A DNA stretch of 34,483 nucleotides. Origin: a virus (taxonomy: Duplodnaviria > Caudoviricetes). Both the position numbers and the translations under genes were made by a program. This document shows positions 9,694 through 18,152 of the stretch, piece after piece. Every line of letters starts with the position of its first letter. Position 1 is the first letter of the stretch. The notes under the pieces are model-generated. The model saw only the letters and a program-made list of their open reading frames with translations. It had not been told where the DNA came from and searched no databases. Where the stretch lies: the IMG/VR virus record IMGVR_UViG_3300022917_000020, positions 1 to 34,483 of that record. One strand, given 5' to 3'.

Positions 9694-10785
9694 TTACGCC
9701 GTGGCCAGGACGGCGTGCGCGTTGCGCTTGCCGGTCGTGAAGGCCGCCTTCGCCGTGAGGCCGAAGTAGTGGACGTAACGGTCGTACACGCGGGGCGGAC
9801 GACGGCTGATGAGCCACTGACCCTTGATCGGGCGAAGCTTCAGGTACTTCTTGTTGATGAAGTAGCAGCGCTTTACCCACGGAGTGGCCGGAGCGTCCAG
9901 GGTGTCCATTGTCGCGAAGACGGGATCCCAGATGATCTCAACGCCCTTGAAGTACAGGCCGGTCGACACGCCGTTACCGACGGCGCCGTCAAGCGTCTGA
10001 CCCTTCTTCACGCCGTCGGAGCCGCCCACAACGACCTGCCGCTGAATTCCGCCAAACGTCGTGGTCGACGCGGCCTTGCGGTAGATATCGATGAACGTAT
10101 CACCGGCCAGAATGAAGTCCGGGGGCGAGCCGCCAACGCGAATCGTCGCGCGCCATGCCTTCTCCATTTCAACCATCATGTCCGAGCCGTCCGCGAGGAT
10201 GCCGGTCTTGACGTAATTCCTCCACCAGCTATTGGCGGTCAACGAAGCGTCGATGCCGCCGACTACGCCTGCGGCGGGGGTCAGCGAGATCAGTGCAGGC
10301 AGGCCGGGAATGTCGGTAGCCGACTGGGTGCCGTCGCGGTGCAACATGTAATCGAAGTTCTCCTGGAACCCCAGCTTTAGCGTTTCCATGTTCTCTTCGA
10401 GGAGATTGGTCAACTGGACCTTCTCGGCGTCATCCGGGGTGGACGTCTTGTCTTCCGTCATAGTAATCCCGTTCTGAGTCAGCTCGTCTTCGTCAAGGCC
10501 AAAGCCGTCATGGAACGAACCCCAGACGTACTTAGCCTGATTCAGCGTCCGCTTACGGTTGTAAGTGACCTGACTCGGGCCGAAATAAGACTGGAAGTTG
10601 CTGTCGTTGGAGAAGCGAAGCTGCTCAACAACGTACTGCAGTGCACCGGCATATTCTTTCTTGCCAGCGATGGCCATCTCGATCAACGGCCGGGCCACAT
10701 TGATGTTGTCAATGGGGTCGTTTTTGAGGAAATAGTCGATTGCAGCTTTCGCACCGTAGGTGAGCTGCTCAGTGGTAAAGGGCAT
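9694..10785 (-). CDS. Major capsid protein (363 aa)
   Basis: Size, position after the scaffold, strong GGAG RBS, and HK97-like features (GLPALI, PDFILAG, FKGVEIIWDP, CYFIN, C-terminal RNAHAV). Confidence 0.85.
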   Translation of the reverse strand: MPFTTEQLTYGAKAAIDYFLKNDPIDNINVARPLIEMAIAGKKEYAGALQYVVEQLRFSNDSNFQSYFGPSQVTYNRKRTLNQAKYVWGSFHDGFGLDEDELTQNGITMTEDKTSTPDDAEKVQLTNLLEENMETLKLGFQENFDYMLHRDGTQSATDIPGLPALISLTPAAGVVGGIDASLTANSWWRNYVKTGILADGSDMMVEMEKAWRATIRVGGSPPDFILAGDTFIDIYRKAASTTTFGGIQRQVVVGGSDGVKKGQTLDGAVGNGVSTGLYFKGVEIIWDPVFATMDTLDAPATPWVKRCYFINKKYLKLRPIKGQWLISRRPPRVYDRYVHYFGLTAKAAFTTGKRNAHAVLATA

Positions 10786-10908
10786 GGTTAATACTCCAAA
10801 GGTTAAGGTAAATCCCTTGCCTTCGTGAGCGGCGCGACTGTCACGTTTAACGCGCCTACGGGATGCGAGTCCCGCTAACCGACCTATAAGGCTTGCCCGC
10901 GCATAAAA

Positions 10909-11199
10909 TCACATTATGTCGCTACTGTCAAGGACCTGTGCAAGCATCGCGCCAACGGAGTCGACGAACCCCTCGTTAGTGGCTAACTCGCTGCCAATGG
11001 TCCATAGCACCGCGTGCATGACTTCATGCAGGAAGCTGTGACGTACCAGGGAAGGAGGGGCCGCTACGTTCACCCGAATGGTGAGCGTCTGGAAGTCGCA
11101 AATCCCGTTACATAGGTCGCCGTCCTCTTCGAACGACCCTTGCATTGGCTGTACCGTCCACCGGTGAGGCCCCAACTGGAACGTTTTTGGTATCACCAC
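10909..11199 (-). CDS. Small zincin-like metalloprotein (HEXXH)
   Basis: GICDFQTLTIRV...SFLHEVMHAVL...EGFV: HEXXH plus a downstream Glu. Confidence 0.65.
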   Translation of the reverse strand: MVIPKTFQLGPHRWTVQPMQGSFEEDGDLCNGICDFQTLTIRVNVAAPPSLVRHSFLHEVMHAVLWTIGSELATNEGFVDSVGAMLAQVLDSSDIM

Positions 11200-11274
11200 G
11201 GCGTGCCATCCTTTTCAATTGCTCGGCGCGCGCTTTGAGCCACGCGCGCCGTTTGGCACAACCGCCGCAGCTCA

Positions 11275-12438
11275 TCAGCCTCGCATCCCGTCTATCGCTG
11301 ACGATAGCGCATCAAGTGCGGAGCCGGGAGCCTTCTTGGCATCGCCGGAAGGGGTAGACGGCCTAAGTGGCTGACCTTTGGCCGGTTTATTTATGACCGG
11401 AGCCGGGGCCGCTTTCGGCGCCACTTTCAATTTGGCGTACTCCTCCAGAAACTTGGCTTTCCACTGACTGGGCGGTATCTTCTTGAATTCCGCCTGCAAC
11501 TTCGGGGTAAGGACTGCAACCTTCTGCGCATATAATGGGTCGGCCGCTGCCAACTCGTCACCAAGGGTGTCGAGGGCTACTGTCGCGGCAACTCGTTCTG
11601 TCTCCGCAGTCTTGGCCGCGTCAACCTTGCTGGCTTTGGCGCTCGCCTGAGTCTGCACGCGCTTCGTCTGCGCGCGGGTCATGGCCATCTCAACGGCCAA
11701 GTCGCGAGTCGTCAGGCCGTTCTTTACCGCGTCCACGAGGTCGGTATGGCCTGTCAGCCAGTCTACTTCCGGGAGCGGCTTCCCAAGACGCAGCGCCACG
11801 CCCTCAAGCTCACTCTTTAGCAGGGCGTAAGCGTTCTCCAGCATGACGGGGTCATCGGTGTGCGTCCAATGCAGGTACTGCACCATGGCGCCGAACTCGT
11901 CCGGTGTGGCGCCCGTCTCCATAATCGCCCCGATCATGGCGCCATTGTTCTCGGCGACTTCCCGGAGTTGCTTGACTTCGTCAACCAAACTCGTGATACG
12001 CTCACGGGTACGCTCAGCCACCCCCGGCGGAATAGGGTCGTTCACATGGTCGGGCTTATCGCCGCCTTTGCCATCCTTGTCGTCGGTCTTGGGCTTGCCT
12101 TCACCCTCTTTGCCGTCAGCCGCTGCCTTCTCATCGGCAGCTTTCTTTGCGGCATCGCCTTCGCCGTCATCTGCGTCGCCTTTCGCTTTCTCGCCTTTCT
12201 CTTTGCCCTTACTGGCAACGGCGTTTAGACCGGCGTCGAGGGCTTCGGCGAGGGATTTGGGTTCTGCAGATACTGCGCCTTCCACTCCCGCGCTGTCATC
12301 TCCGGCGTCGCCGTCTCCGGCCATGTTATCCGCTTGACTACCGGCAGCACCGGCGCCGTCTGTATCCAGTTCCGCACCTGTGTCGGTGTCAGCCCCTTCA
12401 ACGTCCGTCTCGATCTCTTCATTTTCGGTTGGGTCCAT
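11275..12438 (-). CDS. Capsid scaffolding protein (387 aa)
   Basis: Acidic disordered N-terminus, coiled coils (RERITSLVDEVKQLRE), Pro/Lys-rich C-terminus; lies between portal and MCP. Confidence 0.75.
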   Translation of the reverse strand: MDPTENEEIETDVEGADTDTGAELDTDGAGAAGSQADNMAGDGDAGDDSAGVEGAVSAEPKSLAEALDAGLNAVASKGKEKGEKAKGDADDGEGDAAKKAADEKAAADGKEGEGKPKTDDKDGKGGDKPDHVNDPIPPGVAERTRERITSLVDEVKQLREVAENNGAMIGAIMETGATPDEFGAMVQYLHWTHTDDPVMLENAYALLKSELEGVALRLGKPLPEVDWLTGHTDLVDAVKNGLTTRDLAVEMAMTRAQTKRVQTQASAKASKVDAAKTAETERVAATVALDTLGDELAAADPLYAQKVAVLTPKLQAEFKKIPPSQWKAKFLEEYAKLKVAPKAAPAPVINKPAKGQPLRPSTPSGDAKKAPGSALDALSSAIDGMRG

Positions 12439-12456
12439 GTGGTGGTCTCTATTGTG

Positions 12457-14613
12457 TTATGCAGGAACAGGTGCGGGCGGCGCGCCTCCCGGGACAGCGG
12501 CAGCCGGAGCAAGTGGGATAGTACCGCCGCCCGGGGGCACTGCGCCAGGGGCGCCCATGCCGGGAGGAATCGGCTGGCCGGTGAGCGGATCTACAACCGG
12601 CTGTGGCGGGGGCGGGATGAACGCGGCCAAGTCGAGCCGATCGTCCATGCGCTTCAGCGTTTCGCCGAGGACGCGGATCAACACTTGAGCCATGTCAGGG
12701 TCGGAGACTTGGAACTGGCGAATCTGTAGCAGACTGTTTTCCAGCAGCGGCAGGATCGTAGCCCAGTTGGCTTTGTCGGCGGCCGTGTTGGGCTTGCCGG
12801 TCGTGCCCGCGTCAATCTCAACCTCAACCATGGTTAGGAGGTCTTCAACGTCCATGCCCGGCTTGGGCTCGCCCGGCTGGCCTGTTAATGGATCAGGTTC
12901 CGGCGCGTCGTTCGGGCCGAGCCAGAATGCGTTCTGACCGGCGACGCGCTGCACCCAGGACAGCGGGCATTCCTGCACGGAGCACTCGGCCGTATACAGG
13001 GCCAGCTCATCTAGGCCGGATTCCAACTGGTCGCGGTCGTTACCGGTGCGGCTCTGGAATCCCTGCTGCTGAATCTGCGCTTCGGTCGCCGTCTTCGGCT
13101 CGTTCGAACCAGCACCGGCAGACTGGGACAGCGCCTCTTGTACACCCGAGATGCGCTCCATATCGGACAGGGTCGGCTCGGTGTCATAAAGCTGCGGGTT
13201 GTACGTCGGCTGCGGTTTCTGTGCAAACAAGTTCGCCACGGGTGCGCCTGCGGTGCCCTGTAGTGCGATAAATTCCCCGTGCACCCCTTCCGTCAGCTTC
13301 TTCATTTCGTCCGGGTCCAGGCCGCCCGCGTTGACGATGATTCCGGGAATAGAGCGCTTCCGCGTGAGGGTCTGCGCCGACCGGGTGCTACTGTATTCGT
13401 CCTGCAACTTCCGCAGACGCCATGAAAGGCTCTGTGGATGGCGCTGGCCGTCTACTGGGTAGAACCACAAGCCGAATAGCGGGTAAAACCGCTCCGTCGC
13501 TTGCGGCGGCGGATAAGGCTCTACAGCCCATTTCTTGACGCCGTCTACCACGGTGCGCACGAGCTGGTTTTTCCGGTCCCAAATCTCGATAACTTTGGCG
13601 AACGACTGCGCTTTGGAGCTGCCGCTGGGACCAACACCTTGACCATCCGGCGCGGTCGTCGAATACTGGCCGGGATCAGTCGAGCTGTCGCCGAGTACCT
13701 GCTCCTCGCCATCACCTTTGAGGGGGACATTACGCTGGTAGTACTTGGCCGCAGCTTTTATGTCATCTTCCGTCAGGCGCGGGAAGCGCGACTTCAGGGA
13801 ATTCGTCATAACATATAGGTCGACGCTTACCCATTCGGCCTCGGTATACTCGGTGATGTCGGACACGTCGAGCGACACTTGGACGTCCTCGGAGCGCACG
13901 AAGTCACACATCAATCCGTAGCGGGTCTGCTTTTGCTTGCGCGCGTTCAGGCCAACAATGGCCTCTTGAATAGCCAGCTTCCTTGCTTCGAGATCGTTCC
14001 CGTTCTGGTCTTCGGTGAGCGCCTTCTGCTCGGCTTGAATGCGTTCCAATTGGTCGGTATAGGTCGACAGCTCTTGATCCAACTGCGGCGCGGGCCTCTG
14101 TTGCGTCAAAAACGTTCCCTTAAGCCAGCCCATGCCGACGGACAGCGCAGCGCGCACCCACTTTTTGCCGGTCTGTTTTAGCTTGCCATCCTTCCACAAG
14201 CGGGACACCACGAGTTCCAAGGTCTGAGCAAACTTCGTCATCGTATCATCAGGCGTCTCGTCGACCTTCTCGGCTGGGCGCACGGACACATCGGGATTCT
14301 GTGCGAACAGGAATGAAACGAGGATGTCGATAAACGCGCCGATCAAGTTGGCGTCCGATGCCCATGCCGTATCGGCCAGCCCGGCGGCGTACTTGCGATC
14401 TTTTGCGTACTGCACGCGGGCCGCCAAATCAAACGCGCGGGCCGCCTTGTACTGGTCCATCCACTTCTTGACGAGGTCAAGCTCGGCCTGATCGTCGCCT
14501 TCTTTCTCGGCAAGTGCCTTGTCCATGGCCCCCATAGCGCCCTGTGCGGGCGTAGTGCCGGGGGCACTGTCGTTGCCAAGATTACCGAGCAGGTCGGCGG
14601 CGTCGTCGGCCAT
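12457..14613 (-). CDS. Portal protein (718 aa)
   Basis: Size and position. Podoviral portal motifs (LQDEY...R, MERISGVQEAL, KTATEAQIQQQG, VEIDAGTT) and a Pro-rich C-terminal tail. Confidence 0.85.
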   Translation of the reverse strand: MADDAADLLGNLGNDSAPGTTPAQGAMGAMDKALAEKEGDDQAELDLVKKWMDQYKAARAFDLAARVQYAKDRKYAAGLADTAWASDANLIGAFIDILVSFLFAQNPDVSVRPAEKVDETPDDTMTKFAQTLELVVSRLWKDGKLKQTGKKWVRAALSVGMGWLKGTFLTQQRPAPQLDQELSTYTDQLERIQAEQKALTEDQNGNDLEARKLAIQEAIVGLNARKQKQTRYGLMCDFVRSEDVQVSLDVSDITEYTEAEWVSVDLYVMTNSLKSRFPRLTEDDIKAAAKYYQRNVPLKGDGEEQVLGDSSTDPGQYSTTAPDGQGVGPSGSSKAQSFAKVIEIWDRKNQLVRTVVDGVKKWAVEPYPPPQATERFYPLFGLWFYPVDGQRHPQSLSWRLRKLQDEYSSTRSAQTLTRKRSIPGIIVNAGGLDPDEMKKLTEGVHGEFIALQGTAGAPVANLFAQKPQPTYNPQLYDTEPTLSDMERISGVQEALSQSAGAGSNEPKTATEAQIQQQGFQSRTGNDRDQLESGLDELALYTAECSVQECPLSWVQRVAGQNAFWLGPNDAPEPDPLTGQPGEPKPGMDVEDLLTMVEVEIDAGTTGKPNTAADKANWATILPLLENSLLQIRQFQVSDPDMAQVLIRVLGETLKRMDDRLDLAAFIPPPPQPVVDPLTGQPIPPGMGAPGAVPPGGGTIPLAPAAAVPGGAPPAPVPA

Positions 14614-14864
14614 TACCGCTTACCGTTCACGAATTCGTTGACTTCATGCTCGCTGGCATAGTGTGCATCCTTCATGCCATTGCTGACTGCAGCCAGGAAC
14701 GTCTGAATCTGCTGCCCAGTGCAAGGGATGTACTGGCGGACGCGCGGCGCATCGGGGTCAACGGCCGGTATTGGCTCGCTTGGCGATACAGCCCCGGCAG
14801 GCACTTCGGGAGCAGGAGCGGCCGGAGCCGAGCCCATCAAAGCTTCAATTTCTTCAGGTGACAT
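14613..14864 (-). CDS. Hypothetical protein (83 aa, Pro/Ala-rich)
   Basis: GAGGA RBS; TAATG coupling to the portal gene. Confidence 0.55.
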   Translation of the reverse strand: MSPEEIEALMGSAPAAPAPEVPAGAVSPSEPIPAVDPDAPRVRQYIPCTGQQIQTFLAAVSNGMKDAHYASEHEVNEFVNGKR

Positions 14865-14867
14865 AAT

Positions 14868-15215
14868 TCAATCCTCGTCCTTCGCAGACGCAATGCCTTC
14901 GTTGACGGCGTCGAGCATGCTCTTGCCTTTCTTGGCCTGCTTCTGCGCGCCCATCTTCTTCAGTTGGAGTTCCACTCGGCGGGATTTGCGGCCGTTCTCG
15001 CCCTCATCTTGGCTGACGCTAGTCACATGGCCGTGCGCCATGACGTCGAACACATCGCCCACCTTGGGCGTATCGACGCCGAGCTTCGTCAGCGCGGAGT
15101 CGTCCAGCGTGACGCGATGCTCGTAAGAGTAGGGGTTTGGCTTGTAGTCACCGACGTGATTGCCCGTCAGCTCCTTCTTGCCCTTTTTCATATCCTGCAG
15201 CTTGAGTCCGGCCAT
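14868..15215 (-). CDS. Capsid 'staple'/gp10-like small protein (115 aa)
   Basis: YSYEHRVTLDDSALTKLGV..PKVG....A...VTSVSQ......RRVELQLKKM resembles a widespread podoviral family. GAGGA RBS supports the ATG at 15215. Confidence 0.5.
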   Translation of the reverse strand: MAGLKLQDMKKGKKELTGNHVGDYKPNPYSYEHRVTLDDSALTKLGVDTPKVGDVFDVMAHGHVTSVSQDEGENGRKSRRVELQLKKMGAQKQAKKGKSMLDAVNEGIASAKDED

Positions 15216-15267
15216 AGATCCTCGCTTTGAGGCGAACCGTAACATGGCTGGCACGGATTATGCAAGG

Positions 15268-15341
15268 TGGCAGGGGTCTAAGGTGTCGAACCTTACCGGC
15301 ACAGTTTTGGAGACTGGCCCATCGCCCGGAAAGTGACCCCT
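15268..15341 (-). tRNA. trnW: tRNA-Trp(CCA) with encoded 3'-CCA and atypical D-arm
   Basis: Acceptor AGGGGTC/GACCCCT, discriminator G, CCA end; anticodon arm CCAGT-CTCCAAA-ACTGT; T-arm TAAGG-TTCGACA-CCTTA. Only 17 nt between acceptor and anticodon stem. Confidence 0.8.
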
Positions 15342-15501
15342 TGAAAACCTTGGGCACCTGTCGGCTTACTGCCATCCGCAGGAGGCGGCCCGCTGGTGGT
15401 AACCCGCCATGAGGCCCTAACAAACCGTGTTAGTCGGGCACCTTTCGGTAAAGTTCTGAAGCGTTGACGCGACTTCCGTAGGCGGCGCTTTGCGCGAACT
15501 T
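15342..15501 (-). ncRNA. Putative structured ncRNA co-transcribed with tRNA-Trp
   Basis: Starts at the predicted +1 of a sigma70 promoter. Stems: AAGTTC/GAACTT, GCGC-AAA-GCGC, ACC-GAAA-GGT, CTAACA/TGTTAG. Confidence 0.45.
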
Positions 15502-15507
15502 GCATAG

Positions 15508-15536
15508 ACTTTAGCGAACCGGGGTGTGCTGGTCAA
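15508..15536 (-). promoter_or_regulatory. Sigma70-like promoter
   Basis: TTGACC-17 nt-TAAAGT; predicted +1 about 15501. Confidence 0.6.
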
Positions 15537-15742
15537 CTATTCGTTTCCAACGTGGCAAGCTTCAACAGCGCAATCACCTCGAAGTAGCGCCGCTGCAGCA
15601 ACTTGGCGATTATCTTGCGCCGCGACTTCCGGGCGTACGTCGGCGCCCAGGTCCACAGCACAAGGCCGTCCGGTTCGCGGCTGTACCATAAGACAATACT
15701 GGACGCGCGGGCATACTCAATCAACACGGCTGCACTAGACAT
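15533..15742 (-). CDS. Hypothetical protein (69 aa)
   Basis: ATG at 15742 overlaps the end of TerL; fills the gap to the promoter. Confidence 0.45.
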   Translation of the reverse strand: MSSAAVLIEYARASSIVLWYSREPDGLVLWTWAPTYARKSRRKIIAKLLQRRYFEVIALLKLATLETNS

Positions 15743-17330
15743 ATCGTACCTTTTTCGGCTTCTCATCGCTCCACTCAACCCACTTCGCCGTGAACGGCTT
15801 CAACGGCTCTTCCTCGATCGCGGGCATGCTGCCGTTCAACACGATGTCCTGGACGCGGCCCGCCAAACCTGCCATGTCGGCATGGTCGTCCCAGCGCGCG
15901 GCGGGCATGGTGGCCAATTGCATGAACATCTTCTCGGCAAATGCTGCGGACTTCCCGTTGCTTGGCAAGTGAACTATACCGGTGGAGGCCATCGCCTTGA
16001 ACGCACCGCACTTCGCGACCTTGTCCTCGCTGCCATGGATCGGAGTCAACAAAACACGCCACGCGCCGGGCTTGCGCATCGCCTTGTTGATCGCAGGCGC
16101 GATGGAGTTATGTATGACGCCCTTCTCGTCATATGCCTCTCTAACACCGTTCATACGCGCGAGTCGCAGGAATTCCGGCACCGACTTGTCAGTATCAACC
16201 TGACCTTCGAACGAATCTAACAGGTACCACTCGCCCAGGTAGTCGATGCCCCACACGCCGAACGCACACCAGTCAGAGCGGGAATTCTCCGTCACGGCCC
16301 AGTCGGTTGTCATAAACCGGCGCATCATAGTGGACGGCGGCCATGTGTTCGGGTCCTCCCACTTGAACCAGCGCCGATCCCACGCCTCGTTGTTCATCGG
16401 TTTCGGCCGCTGCTGGTACAGTGACGACCAAACACGCTGCGCTGCGAACCCCGCGCGGTTCTCAAACATCTGCCAGTGTCGGGCCGGGTAGAACTCCGGC
16501 CATATGTACTCGCCAATCTGCCGTCCGAGCGGGTCTGTCTTGCTCTCGCACTTCGCCTGCAGACATAACACGCGCCAGTCCATGCCGTCCTTACACCGGA
16601 TCATGCCAGACTCACCCTCCCAACTGTCGGGGAGGATGTGCCCGGCCAAATCGTTCTCGTTCCAACGTGTCATAATCAGCCCAACCCCGGCGCCGGGCAG
16701 GAGTCGCGTCGTCAGTGACGAGGAATATTCCTCGATAACCCGCTTCTGAGTGGCGGTGGAATCCGCTTCTTCCTGGTTCTTCGTCGGGTCGTCTATAATC
16801 AGGAAGTTCGCGCGGCGGGACGTGATGCCGCCCAAGATACCCGCAGCGACCAATTCCGACTCGTTGCTGAGCTGCCAGTCGCCGACCGCCTCACGCGTCA
16901 ATTCGAGTGGATTGTCCCAGATATTCCGATACAACTGCTGGCGCACGATCGTCTGTACGCGCCGGGACTGCATGTGCGCGATGTCGTCGGAGTAACTCGT
17001 GAGTATCCCCCGGGTCGCATTAGTGCGGCCAAGCGCCCAGGCTGTCCCCGCGTTGGCATAGCTCGACTTCGCACAGCCGGGCGGCGTGAACGTCATGGTC
17101 CGCGCGTAGGGCTCCGTCAGGGTGTACTGCATCTGGTCCAGGATCAACGCATGGACGTTCGCCATGTAGAGCCGGGCCGGACCCATGAGGTCCTCGTCCA
17201 AACCCTCCATCGCGGGTACGGGTGACAGCGGGATGTCGACGGACAGCGCGAACGAATGGAGCGACTGTTGTGCACGCTTGCGCCGGAGCAGCTCCAGCGC
17301 GGCGGCCTGCCTACGGTCGGCCGGTGTCAC
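15735..17330 (-). CDS. terL: Terminase large subunit
   Basis: Walker A variant PPGCAKS, Walker B LIIDDPTK, motif III IMTRWNENDL, SLYQQRP, nuclease TDWA...SD and WDDHADM. Start reassigned to GTG 17330 (GTGA overlap with terS stop). Confidence 0.93.
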   Translation of the reverse strand: MTPADRRQAAALELLRRKRAQQSLHSFALSVDIPLSPVPAMEGLDEDLMGPARLYMANVHALILDQMQYTLTEPYARTMTFTPPGCAKSSYANAGTAWALGRTNATRGILTSYSDDIAHMQSRRVQTIVRQQLYRNIWDNPLELTREAVGDWQLSNESELVAAGILGGITSRRANFLIIDDPTKNQEEADSTATQKRVIEEYSSSLTTRLLPGAGVGLIMTRWNENDLAGHILPDSWEGESGMIRCKDGMDWRVLCLQAKCESKTDPLGRQIGEYIWPEFYPARHWQMFENRAGFAAQRVWSSLYQQRPKPMNNEAWDRRWFKWEDPNTWPPSTMMRRFMTTDWAVTENSRSDWCAFGVWGIDYLGEWYLLDSFEGQVDTDKSVPEFLRLARMNGVREAYDEKGVIHNSIAPAINKAMRKPGAWRVLLTPIHGSEDKVAKCGAFKAMASTGIVHLPSNGKSAAFAEKMFMQLATMPAARWDDHADMAGLAGRVQDIVLNGSMPAIEEEPLKPFTAKWVEWSDEKPKKVRYV

Positions 17331-17737
17331 TGCGTACTCACAATGGACTGCAGATCTGACACGGACAGCTTTTGCAAATTCCCTTCGCCGTCTCGCACGT
17401 CGATGGCCACGGCTTTCATTTTCGGCACGCTGAATTGCAGTAGCTCGATAAATAATTCGATCGCGCTGCGGGGGCTGGGGTGCACCAAGTATTTTTGTGG
17501 ATCTTTCGGGTCGACAATTCCGTCGCCAATTTGTGTCAGCCACCGCTGCACGTTGTCGATGTTCATCGCCGTGAGTTCCGCCACGCCAAATCTTATTTTC
17601 GCTTTACTCACGCGGTCGATCGCGGTTGTCGCGGGCGCTGGAATTTCCGGCGGTAAGGTACCGAGCAGGGTGTGTGTAAATACTTCGTCCTGCGTCATGC
17701 TGATTCCGTCTTTGTGGTAGGCATATTTAGTTTCCAT
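17327..17737 (-). CDS. terS: Terminase small subunit (136 aa)
   Basis: Immediately upstream of and coupled to terL. Helical core followed by PKMKAVAI and LSVSDLQSIV, typical of TerS C-termini. Confidence 0.65.
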   Translation of the reverse strand: METKYAYHKDGISMTQDEVFTHTLLGTLPPEIPAPATTAIDRVSKAKIRFGVAELTAMNIDNVQRWLTQIGDGIVDPKDPQKYLVHPSPRSAIELFIELLQFSVPKMKAVAIDVRDGEGNLQKLSVSDLQSIVSTQ

Positions 17738-17743
17738 ATGTCG

Positions 17744-17772
17744 AGGATATAGTGGCCCGCTTTTTGCAGCAA
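17744..17772 (-). promoter_or_regulatory. Sigma70-like late-operon promoter giving a leaderless terS mRNA
   Basis: TTGCTG-17 nt-TATCCT-6 nt-ATG; no SD sequence upstream of the terS ATG. Confidence 0.5.
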
Positions 17773-18042
17773 GGGATGGGTGGTGTATTATGTTAACTAG
17801 TCTAAAATAGGTGATGGCTTCCCGCGCAACACGGCGCGCACCGGGAATCTAACCCCCTATTTTCCCACAGCGGGGGGCTCCCCCTCCTTCGTCGCCCCGC
17901 GCCGCGCGGCCAGCTCGCAGCCGCATAGCACACCGCCCGCGCGCCGTCAAGCGAAACGCGCCCAGGAGGCCGTGTATTATGTCGGGTGGCCGCTGTAGGC
18001 TGATTCCTACAGAGCGCAGCTCGTAGCCGCTTATGTCTGGTA

Positions 18043-18152
18043 GCATTTGACAATATAAATAGCCGAATATCTGTCAGTGCATTTGACAATATAAATAGCG
18101 GGGAATTTTGGCTATCCGCAGTTTATCGATCCGTAATTTGACAATATAAATA
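18043..18152. repeat. Three direct repeats of ATTTGACAATATAAATA (iteron-like)
   Basis: Copies at 18045, 18081 and 18136; the first two extend to an identical 21-mer GCATTTGACAATATAAATAGC. Confidence 0.9.

Noticed and set aside
9635-9880. Programmed frameshift extension of the MCP
   Set aside because: I found no clear slippery heptamer near the MCP end; the alternative frame looks like a shadow ORF.
15293-15505. 70-aa basic ORF
   Set aside because: No SD, its ATG lies upstream of the predicted +1, and it runs into the tRNA; an RNA explanation fits better.
17331-17543. N-terminal extension of TerL (602-aa call)
   Set aside because: Overlaps terS in another frame; GTG 17330 with GTGA coupling is more plausible.
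22-17720. Numerous plus-strand ORFs across the structural arm
   Set aside because: Antisense shadows of GC-rich minus-strand genes, lacking RBSs or recognisable motifs.
18043-18152. CRISPR mini-array or tandem sigma70 promoters
   Set aside because: Spacers are unequal and too short (19 and 38 nt between 17-mers). TTGACA in the repeats has no -10 box at 16-18 nt.
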